64,000 nt of DNA, taken from IMG/VR virus record IMGVR_UViG_3300022602_002157, positions 1-64,000 of that record; one strand, 5' to 3'. The notes under the pieces are model-generated. The model saw only the letters and a program-made list of their open reading frames with translations. It ran no database searches and was not told the origin of the DNA. Both the position numbers and the translations under genes were made by a program. This document shows positions 28,227-36,591 of the stretch, piece by piece (position 1 is the first letter of the stretch; each line of letters opens with the position of its first letter). The stretch is from a virus.

Positions 28227-29027
28227 ATGGATCATTATAGTACACTAGGTGTGTCAAAAACTGCCTCGCAAGAGGAAATAAAAAAGGCATATCGCAAACA
28301 AGCGATGCAACACCATCCTGATCGCACAGGTGGTGATGATACCAAATTCAAAGAAATCCAAACAGCATACGATACATTAAGTGACCCGCAAAAGCGTCAA
28401 CAGTATGACAATCCTAGACCACAAATGCAGGGATTTCCTGGTGGGTTTGGTTTTAATGTAAATGGATTTGATTTAAACGATTTATTTGGTCAAGCGTTTG
28501 GGCATCAACATCCATTCAATCAGCAACGAAATCAAACACCAACTTATCGTACTAGACTAAACGTATCATTGATGGATGTTTATAAAGAAAATGAACATGT
28601 ACTACAATTAAACACACCAACTGGTTCTAACGTAGTAAACGTTAAAATACCACGTGGAACACAATCTGGCGACCATGTACGTTATGACAAAATTATTCCT
28701 GGCGCACAATTAATTGTAGAATTCATAGTACTAAGTGATTTAAAGTATGATCGTAAAGGTGATGACCTTTATGCAAACATGCCCGTTTCAGTACTTGATT
28801 TGATTGTGGGTAACAAAATTCAATTTGACACGATTAGTGGTAAAACATTAGATGTTACTATTAGACCCAAAACTCAACCATATATGCAATTACGCATACC
28901 AGGTGAAGGTATGCCCTCACGAAATGGTGGGTATGGAGACCAAATACTATTGCTAAAACCCTATATACCTGATATAATAGACAATGAAATAGTAGAAATT
29001 ATTACTCGCCATCAGCAAACTAAATAA
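28227..29027 (+). CDS. DnaJ/CbpA-type co-chaperone (no Zn finger)
   Basis: J domain with HPD, G/F-rich linker, C-terminal [11 protein letters not shown]. Confidence 0.92.
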   Translation: MDHYSTLGVSKTASQEEIKKAYRKQAMQHHPDRTGGDDTKFKEIQTAYDTLSDPQKRQQYDNPRPQMQGFPGGFGFNVNGFDLNDLFGQAFGHQHPFNQQRNQTPTYRTRLNVSLMDVYKENEHVLQLNTPTGSNVVNVKIPRGTQSGDHVRYDKIIPGAQLIVEFIVLSDLKYDRKGDDLYANMPVSVLDLIVGNKIQFDTISGKTLDVTIRPKTQPYMQLRIPGEGMPSRNGGYGDQILLLKPYIPDIIDNEIVEIITRHQQTK

Positions 29028-29045
29028 ACTAAAAGGACTATTAAA

Positions 29046-31328
29046 TTGCAACAATCTCCTGAAATTCAGAACATCATTGAACGTGCTATCGAAGCCGCTA
29101 AGGATAGAAAACACGCATATTGTACGATTGAGCATTTGTTACTTTCATTAGTAACACACCCTCCCTTTAAGAAATGCTTAAGTACATTTGGTGTTGATAT
29201 GGATTTGATGATTTCAGAAATCGAGTCATATCTTAATGGACTCCACGCTATTGAATTAAAGCAGTCTGGTACTGCACCAAAGAAAACCAATTCAATTGAA
29301 CGTGTGATCAATCGTAGTGTGACACAGGTATTGTTTACTGGTCGTCAAAAGGTTACCACTATCGACCTTTACATGAGCATTGCCGCTGAAAACAATAGCC
29401 ATGCACATTACTTTTTACTAAAGTACGGTGTTACACGCAACGAATTTTTGCAACATTGGCAAAAGACTTATAAGGGCGGTGACTATACAGGTTCATTGAC
29501 TGATAATCAAGCAGACGAAATCCTTGACGAATACACAATCAATCTTACACAACTTGCACGTGAAGACAAACTAGAACCTGTTATTGGTCGTAGCAAGGAA
29601 ATTGATGATATCATTAACGTACTTGCAAAACGATTTAAGAGCAATGTATTAATGGTAGGCGACCCCGGTGTAGGTAAGACTGCTATTACTGAGGGTATTG
29701 CACGTGCAATCGTCAACGGTGAAGTTCCTGAATTCTTAAATGGTCATGAACTATACTCATTAGAGATTGGTAGTTTGCTTGCTGGTAGTCGCTATCGTGG
29801 TGACTTTGAAGAAAAGGTCAAGCATGTACTTGAGGCACTGAACCACAAAAAGAAAGCAATTCTATTCATTGACGAAGCCCACACTATGCAAGGTGCAGGT
29901 GGAACAAATAACGGTAGCGTTGACTTTAGTAATATGATTAAGCCAGCCATTACAAAGGGCACACTTAAGATTATTGCGTCAACGACATGGGAAGAATTCT
30001 ACGAGAGTTTTGAAAAGGATCGTGCTTTAATGCGTAGATTCTATAAAATTAGTGTTGATGAACCTTCTCAAGAATCCACAGTTCGTATTCTAAGTGGATT
30101 GGCTGCACGATTGAACGACTTCCATAGTGTTAATATCACTGATGAAGCCATTAACGCCGCAGTTGAAAGTGCAACACGATATATTCATGACCGTAAGAAT
30201 CCTGACAAATCAATCGACCTATTGGATGCGGCATGTGCAAAGCAACGTGTACTTGAAAACAAAGATGCAATTATCACTAAGGAATTAATCCATGAGCAAG
30301 TGGAAAAGTATACAGGCGTACCTGCTGATAAATTGTCAGGAGATAATTTTGATCGCATTAACAATCTTGAACTAAACGTCAAGAACAAGTTATATGGTCA
30401 GGATGAAACTGTAGAGAAAGTACTTGAACGTGTTTATGTTAGTTTCGCTGGTATTGGCAACGAAACTAAACCAACCGCAAGTTTCTTGTTCTTGGGCCCA
30501 ACAGGCACGGGTAAAACAGAATTGGCAAAACTACTGTCTAAGAATTTAGATATGCCTCTTCTCAAGTACGATATGAGTGAGTACGGAGAGAAGCACAGCG
30601 TAAGTAGTTTGATCGGACCTCCCCCTGGCTATGTAGGCTTTGGTGATTCACAAGTGCAAGGTGGACGCCTAATTAGTGACTTGAGCAAGAATCCACACAG
30701 TATTCTACTGTTTGACGAAGTTGAAAAGGCACACCCAGATATCTTTAACATCTTTTTGCAGATGTTAGATGAAGGTCGTGTTACTGGTAGTAATGGTAAA
30801 GAAGTATCAATGAAAAATACTATCATTATCTTGACTAGTAATTTGGGTAGTGCTGACAGCGAACGCAATAACATTGGTTTCGGTGCGCAAGAAAAGACAG
30901 GTGAAGATGATCGTGCATTAAAGCAATTCTTTAAGCCTGAATTTAGAAATCGTCTTGACATGGTATGCAAGTTCAACAAACTTGACTTGCTATCAATCAA
31001 AAAGATTGTTATTAAGTTCACTGATGATTTGAAGAAGTCATTGCTTGAAAAGCATAACATTACTCTTAACTTGAGTGAACCTGCTGTAGAGTATTTGGCT
31101 GACAAGGGTTATGATAGCAAGATGGGTGCTAGACCTTTAGCACGTAAAATTGATGAACTCATTCGTGTTCCTCTTTCAAAGAAGATTTTGTTTGAGAAAA
31201 TTAAGGATACGAATATCATGGCAAATGTTGAAAACGATGAGATTGTTTTCAACATTACAACCAAGCAATCAGTAAGGGTTGGAGAAGATGGAATCATTGA
31301 AGTTATCGCCGAAGCAGGTAGACCGTAA
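29046..31328 (+). CDS. clpA: ClpA/ClpB-family Hsp100 ATPase
   Basis: Clp N domain (EHLLLSL), two AAA modules (GDPGVGKT, GPTGTGKT), DEVEKAHP, IGF loop, GARPL; TTG start after AAGGA. Confidence 0.9.
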   Translation: MQQSPEIQNIIERAIEAAKDRKHAYCTIEHLLLSLVTHPPFKKCLSTFGVDMDLMISEIESYLNGLHAIELKQSGTAPKKTNSIERVINRSVTQVLFTGRQKVTTIDLYMSIAAENNSHAHYFLLKYGVTRNEFLQHWQKTYKGGDYTGSLTDNQADEILDEYTINLTQLAREDKLEPVIGRSKEIDDIINVLAKRFKSNVLMVGDPGVGKTAITEGIARAIVNGEVPEFLNGHELYSLEIGSLLAGSRYRGDFEEKVKHVLEALNHKKKAILFIDEAHTMQGAGGTNNGSVDFSNMIKPAITKGTLKIIASTTWEEFYESFEKDRALMRRFYKISVDEPSQESTVRILSGLAARLNDFHSVNITDEAINAAVESATRYIHDRKNPDKSIDLLDAACAKQRVLENKDAIITKELIHEQVEKYTGVPADKLSGDNFDRINNLELNVKNKLYGQDETVEKVLERVYVSFAGIGNETKPTASFLFLGPTGTGKTELAKLLSKNLDMPLLKYDMSEYGEKHSVSSLIGPPPGYVGFGDSQVQGGRLISDLSKNPHSILLFDEVEKAHPDIFNIFLQMLDEGRVTGSNGKEVSMKNTIIILTSNLGSADSERNNIGFGAQEKTGEDDRALKQFFKPEFRNRLDMVCKFNKLDLLSIKKIVIKFTDDLKKSLLEKHNITLNLSEPAVEYLADKGYDSKMGARPLARKIDELIRVPLSKKILFEKIKDTNIMANVENDEIVFNITTKQSVRVGEDGIIEVIAEAGRP

Positions 31329-31974
31329 TAACTTATACTTTAACAAGTATCTGTATAAAGCCAGCCTAAAAACCGATTATTTAAATTTTATATACTATGC
31401 AAATAGTATTGAAGATTTTAATGAGAAAATCATAAAAGCCAGTAAAGAACGCAATTCTTGGAGCAGACATATTGATTTGAATAAAGTTGATAGTGACTTA
31501 ATAGAAAAGTTGATCAACTTTAGAAATCAAAATAGGTCTAACCAAAACGTAATTATTAGGCTTGAGTATAACTCAATGAGTATCTATACCAATGAGATAG
31601 ATTTGCTTAACTATTATTATGATTTGGCTCCAAAAAAGGTTAAATTTTACAGAGTGGGTTCATTTACCCCCGGGGTAATGCTTTTTGCTAAAGAACCAAA
31701 ATTTAAGTATCGTGTATACTTGCGTAGCAAAAAAATGCCGGACAATTTTAGGGATGAATTCTATAAATTTATCACTACACATCCTTCAGTTACACCATGT
31801 GATGCTCTAGTAGAAAATCTCAAAAAGTATTCGGGAACAATCAGTTGGCGCTATCCTATACCCCATCGTGGAATGTACTTAGAATACAACGAAGAAAGCA
31901 CAGTTTTGCTAGTACATTTGATGTTTCCGGGCCTAGCAGGTAAGACCTTCAAATTAGAAAAGCGTCAAGGATAA
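31288..31974 (+). CDS. Hypothetical protein
   Basis: GGAG-ATG start at 31288 overlapping the clpA end; internal FNKYLYK/PKFKYRVY repeat-like halves. Confidence 0.6.
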   Translation: MESLKLSPKQVDRNNLYFNKYLYKASLKTDYLNFIYYANSIEDFNEKIIKASKERNSWSRHIDLNKVDSDLIEKLINFRNQNRSNQNVIIRLEYNSMSIYTNEIDLLNYYYDLAPKKVKFYRVGSFTPGVMLFAKEPKFKYRVYLRSKKMPDNFRDEFYKFITTHPSVTPCDALVENLKKYSGTISWRYPIPHRGMYLEYNEESTVLLVHLMFPGLAGKTFKLEKRQG

Positions 31975-32003
31975 GATAAATACTCTAATAAAATGGAGTA
32001 TTT

Positions 32004-32171
32004 ATGGCCAAGATCGTAGAAGAAGTTGTAGTTGTTAAATTTAGCAGAATTGTTAAAGATAACGAAGACAATACCAATAGTATAGCGACCCCTGACATCC
32101 AAACCGCACTAGAACAAGTCGCACAAGAACTTGCAGGTGACGGTGTTGTAGTTGAAGTGGAGAAGGCATAA
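32004..32171 (+). CDS. Small hypothetical protein (55 aa), not in the ORF track
   Basis: TAAATA(31977), GGAG RBS, MAKIVEEVVVVKFSRIVKD...VEVEKA*; stop overlaps the next ATG. Confidence 0.7.
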   Translation: MAKIVEEVVVVKFSRIVKDNEDNTNSIATPDIQTALEQVAQELAGDGVVVEVEKA

Positions 32172-32560
32172 TGGCACAAGGTGTAACACTTATCCTTCTC
32201 CCCGAGACTGCATATAATAATATGTACGGTAATGGTGCACCTTACAACGTTGTGGGTGATGAGCAACCAGCGGCTGCATTCTATTTAGGCAATCAAGACT
32301 TGCAAACAGTTAACTATAAAAATGCAGAAGTTACTGGCAATATCATTATTCAAGCCACACTAGCAACTACGCCAGCAGATGGCGATTGGTTTAATGTCTT
32401 TGAAGTTGATGCTAATGCAAATGCCCCATCTGGCTCTAATAGTTATATCGCAAGTAATGCAAGCGCCTTCACTAACGTTGACGGTACCTTTGTATACATG
32501 CGAGCATTGATTGAAGACTTCCAAGGTGGAGTTGTAAATTACGTTAAATTAAGTTACTAA
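32171..32560 (+). CDS. Hypothetical beta-rich virion protein
   Basis: 129 aa, IQATLATTPADGDWF, FVYMRA. Confidence 0.6.
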   Translation: MAQGVTLILLPETAYNNMYGNGAPYNVVGDEQPAAAFYLGNQDLQTVNYKNAEVTGNIIIQATLATTPADGDWFNVFEVDANANAPSGSNSYIASNASAFTNVDGTFVYMRALIEDFQGGVVNYVKLSY

Positions 32561-32561
32561 T

Positions 32562-34739
32562 ATGAAACAAATAGTTGTAATGCCCGGTGGCTTTCACCCC
32601 TTTCATGCAGGGCATGCCAGCCTATATCAATCAGCATTAGAAGCATTTCCCGATGCTGATGTATACGTAGCCGCAACTAATGATCAAAAGAAAAGACCTT
32701 TCCCCTTTGCAATTAAAGAAAAACTAGCAAAGGTAGCAGGCGTTGCTCCTGGCCATTTTGTTCAAGTTAAAAGTCCATTCAAAGCAGAAGAGATAACAAA
32801 AAACTACGATCCTAATGAAGATGTATTAATCTTTGTGCGTAGCGAAAAAGATAAAACAGAACAACCTAAACCAGGTGGTACAAAGAAAGATGGCAGTCCA
32901 GCTTACTTCCAACCATATACCGGCAAGGACCTACAACCATTCAGCAAACATGCATACATTGCATATTTACCAACTATAGAATTTGGCCCCGGCATTACAA
33001 GTGCTAGTGAGATTCGTGAATTATGGCCTAGACTAAATGACAAACGCAAAACAGCAATGGTAATGAGTTTGTATCCGGCTGCTCAGAAGAATCCTAAACT
33101 TGCGGCTAACATTGTTGGTATGCTAGATCAGGTCATGGGTGGACAAGTTAATGAAGTATTAAATACTAAACCTAATAAAACCAACAAAGCTACATGGTCA
33201 GAACAAACTGAAGACTTGGTTCAATTAAACTTTGTGGCAAGTAATGGTCTTCCGTATAATCTATCTATCACTGCTCTTTATATGTCACCAGATGAAATAC
33301 AAGATTCTGTACCTGAAGAAATACCAAATGAAGTGGCAGAACGTGGTAGATTTGTAGAATTTTTCCAAGAATCTAAACCAGGCGCTGGATACGGTAAACA
33401 AGGAATTGAGGGTACTGGTGCAGCCGCTGAAGTACTTGCTATAGTATACAATGGTCTTAACCAGTACGTTAAAAAATATAAACCAACTTTCTTAATGTTT
33501 CAAGCAGCAGAGCCTAGTCGTAGACGTTTGTACAGTGCATTAGTTAAAAAAATTCTACAAACTATGCCTAACTGGAAATACACTGAAAATGATGGTATAT
33601 TCTTTGTATATGATACTAGATATATTAAACAAGGTATGAAAGAAGGATTTGGTATCCCAATGCCAGGTACATACGAACAAGAACAATTATCAGAATACAA
33701 AACTAAAGTACTAGATAAGCCTAAAACAACTAATGTTTATTACAAGCCTAGACATGGTAACAAAACATATTTGATTGGTAAAGATGTTCCCGGAGAACAT
33801 ATTGACAAATTTATTAATTTAGTAAAACACAAATATGCTGACTTACGTAATGCAGGTAAAGATGAAATCTTTTGGAACGTAGAAGTAAAAGAAGAAGTTT
33901 CATTAGATGCTATTACTGATGCCGCAGCCTATATTCCAAATGCTATCAATGATTATCTACAAAAGGCAATAGCAGTTTATGGTCAGGAAGCAAAAGAAAG
34001 TGCGCAAATGGTTAAATTATTACCATTGATGTACGCAGGCAAAGCAACTCCTGATCAATTAAAATTCATTAAAGATCAATTTGCAGACATTGGCAACATA
34101 TTAGGAAAACAATTAAAAACATTAGGTACTGGTAGTGTAACTGGTCCTATTGCCGATGCTATATCAGATTCTCCAGTTGCACAAAAAATAATTGACAAAA
34201 CATTAGATAGTTTAGCAGATATTCCAGAAGAAAAAGGTCTATCAAAAGCAGAAAATTATTTTAAAAATAAATTTGGATTTAGTTTAGTTGGTAAAGTTGC
34301 CAATCTTTTAAAATTTGAAACTAGTAGTGATGTACAATACAAACAACAACAAAAAGCAGATCAGGCAGAAATTAATAAACAACAAGCAACACCTCAATCT
34401 CAAGCAGTGAATAAGCAAGTCAATACTATGCGTAGACAACAACATTATGCTTATGAAGATGTGGCTAAGGGTAAGATGAAACCCATGCATGTTACAGGCA
34501 AAGAAAAGCCCGGTGCCGTCGAGACACTAGAAAAGGCATTAGTAAAAGCCAAAGATCGTGGTATCAAATTAGACTATGACAAAATAGATAAAATGATGCA
34601 ATTGATTTGTAAAGAACACAACTTAACAGGTGACAAACTACACAATGATTTTGTAAAGAAACATCATATGATCCCAGATAATTGGATCAAAAAGCATTCT
34701 GATGTTACCGAATCAGTGGATTATTTAGAAGAAAAATAA
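32562..34739 (+). CDS. HxGH nucleotidyltransferase domain fused to several x-x-E-delimited modules
   Basis: MPGGFHPFHAGH, ITSASEIR; then VNE/KQGMKEG/LSE/VKEE/VTES boundaries. Confidence 0.7.
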   Translation: MKQIVVMPGGFHPFHAGHASLYQSALEAFPDADVYVAATNDQKKRPFPFAIKEKLAKVAGVAPGHFVQVKSPFKAEEITKNYDPNEDVLIFVRSEKDKTEQPKPGGTKKDGSPAYFQPYTGKDLQPFSKHAYIAYLPTIEFGPGITSASEIRELWPRLNDKRKTAMVMSLYPAAQKNPKLAANIVGMLDQVMGGQVNEVLNTKPNKTNKATWSEQTEDLVQLNFVASNGLPYNLSITALYMSPDEIQDSVPEEIPNEVAERGRFVEFFQESKPGAGYGKQGIEGTGAAAEVLAIVYNGLNQYVKKYKPTFLMFQAAEPSRRRLYSALVKKILQTMPNWKYTENDGIFFVYDTRYIKQGMKEGFGIPMPGTYEQEQLSEYKTKVLDKPKTTNVYYKPRHGNKTYLIGKDVPGEHIDKFINLVKHKYADLRNAGKDEIFWNVEVKEEVSLDAITDAAAYIPNAINDYLQKAIAVYGQEAKESAQMVKLLPLMYAGKATPDQLKFIKDQFADIGNILGKQLKTLGTGSVTGPIADAISDSPVAQKIIDKTLDSLADIPEEKGLSKAENYFKNKFGFSLVGKVANLLKFETSSDVQYKQQQKADQAEINKQQATPQSQAVNKQVNTMRRQQHYAYEDVAKGKMKPMHVTGKEKPGAVETLEKALVKAKDRGIKLDYDKIDKMMQLICKEHNLTGDKLHNDFVKKHHMIPDNWIKKHSDVTESVDYLEEK

Positions 34740-34794
34740 TTTCACACCCCTCTCACCAAGTAAATAATAGTACTTGTACAACAGAGAGGACTAC

Positions 34795-35727
34795 ATGGCT
34801 ACAAAGAAAACTAAGGCAACTGGCGCAACTAAGGAAGCAAAGACTGTTCCCGTAGAAAAGGTTCAGGAGATTGCAGAACAGGCAGCGCAGAAGCCTGCAA
34901 CAACTGAGGCAACGCCTCAACAAGGACAAATTCAAGTTAACGTAGATTTCTTACGTACTACTAAGGTGCATATTGCTATGCCCTGCTATGGTGGTATGTT
35001 AACTGAATCAACATTCATGAGTTTCATTAAGTGGGCTAACACAGCCCGTCAATTGGGTATTGACTGGACATTAGAAACAATGGTTAATGAATCACTTATT
35101 AGCCGCGCACGTAACACACTTACTGCTAAGTTCTTAGACATGCCCGATGCTACTCACTTGTTTTTCGTAGACGCTGACATTGGTTGGGAGCCATGGCACT
35201 TATTAGTTCTATTGAACCGTGACGTAGACGTTATCGCTGGATTGTATCCAATGAAGACTATGCCTATCAAATGGGTCGTTAACGGCTTTGATGGCGCGGA
35301 AGAAGGTCCAGATGGATTGCAAGAAGTAAGCAAAGCAGGTACTGGTTTCTTGTTAATGAAGAAGCACGTATTTGGTAAGTTAAATAGTCACCCAGCAGTT
35401 AAGCAGTATAAGAACGACATTGGACTTGATCCAAAGTACGATCAATACTTGAAGACATACTTTGACACAGCAGTTCGTCAGAATCGTTACTACAGTGAAG
35501 ACTGGACATTCTGTGAAAACTGGCGTGATCTAGGCGGTCGTATTTGGGTTGACAAGCGTGTATTATTGCGTCACAGTGGTTCATATGTATTCTGTCAAGA
35601 AAATCAACAACACTTGATGGACAACATTGGCCCAATGTATGTTGAGGCAAAGAAGGCCCAAGAAGCACAGGCCGCTCAGACTCTTCAACCAGATAGTAAC
35701 GGAAACGTTACATTACCAACTACTTGA
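34795..35727 (+). CDS. GT-A fold glycosyltransferase-like protein
   Basis: IAMPCYGG, ESLISRARN, FVDADIGW (DxD), GTGFLL, SEDWTFC; AGGA RBS before ATG 34795. Confidence 0.75.
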   Translation: MATKKTKATGATKEAKTVPVEKVQEIAEQAAQKPATTEATPQQGQIQVNVDFLRTTKVHIAMPCYGGMLTESTFMSFIKWANTARQLGIDWTLETMVNESLISRARNTLTAKFLDMPDATHLFFVDADIGWEPWHLLVLLNRDVDVIAGLYPMKTMPIKWVVNGFDGAEEGPDGLQEVSKAGTGFLLMKKHVFGKLNSHPAVKQYKNDIGLDPKYDQYLKTYFDTAVRQNRYYSEDWTFCENWRDLGGRIWVDKRVLLRHSGSYVFCQENQQHLMDNIGPMYVEAKKAQEAQAAQTLQPDSNGNVTLPTT

Positions 35728-35748
35728 TACTCTAGTAGTCATGCATGG

Positions 35749-35774
35749 AAAAGCCCCGTAACTGGGGCTTTTTT
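35749..35774 (+). terminator. Rho-independent terminator
   Basis: AAAAGCCCC-GTAACT-GGGGCTTTTTT. Confidence 0.85.
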
Positions 35775-35830
35775 ATTATGTTCCAAATTAATTTTATTGA
35801 TAAATATAGTATATTATTGGAATTCTCACT

Positions 35831-36589
35831 ATGAAAATCAACGACATCTTTGAATCAACAACAGCAGGATCAATTAGCACCGTGGCAATGCCAATTGGTG
35901 AAGTAAAAAAGCGTGAATCAACTAAAGTTGATGGGCTTGAACCTGTAGCAAAAGCAATCAAGGCCAAGAAAAAAGGCCCTTACATGAATAGTCTTATCGA
36001 AGGTAAGATGAAAGAATTAGATTACGATCTAAAGAACATGAAGGATGCTGAATTTAAAAAGAAATATAAAATGTCTAAGGCTGAAATGAATAAAAGCCTA
36101 ACTGAAGAAGAAGTTATTGAAAGTGATATCATTCTTGTTCCAGGCCAAGGTCGTTCACAAAAAACAGGATTTATTAAACATGATCCTGATCGTGCAGAAC
36201 ACGAAGGTGAAACATTAAAGAATAGTCTACACACTATTGCACGTTCGGCAATGAAATTAGATAAACACTTACAGACTAAGGATGAATTCCCTGAATGGGT
36301 AAGTGAAAAAATTGGCGCTGTTAAAGCCATGATGACTAGTGTAATGCAATATTTAGTGAGCAAGGGTGAAATGCAAGGTGATGGTGACCTAGAAGAAGTA
36401 CGAGCACCAAGCACAGGTGGTACAATTGCAGGTGGCGTTGCTTTTGAAGGTAAAAAAGTTGACCGTTTTGTTAAACATGTTGAAAAGTCAGAAGAAAAAG
36501 CTGGCAAGTCAAAGAAAGATGCTGAGAGCATTGCATGGGCTACTGCTAACAAACGTGGCATGTTAGATAACAAGAATAAGAAGAAATAA
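35831..36589 (+). CDS. Probable internal head protein
   Basis: MKINDIFES N-terminus; LIEG/VIES/LEEV/AFEG sites; FPEWVSEKI; AWATANK. Confidence 0.6.
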   Translation: MKINDIFESTTAGSISTVAMPIGEVKKRESTKVDGLEPVAKAIKAKKKGPYMNSLIEGKMKELDYDLKNMKDAEFKKKYKMSKAEMNKSLTEEEVIESDIILVPGQGRSQKTGFIKHDPDRAEHEGETLKNSLHTIARSAMKLDKHLQTKDEFPEWVSEKIGAVKAMMTSVMQYLVSKGEMQGDGDLEEVRAPSTGGTIAGGVAFEGKKVDRFVKHVEKSEEKAGKSKKDAESIAWATANKRGMLDNKNKKK

Positions 36590-36591
36590 TC

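Noticed and set aside
31985-32266. 93-aa - strand ORF in the track
   Set aside because: A + strand 55-aa ORF (32004-32171) with promoter, RBS and stop/start coupling explains the region better
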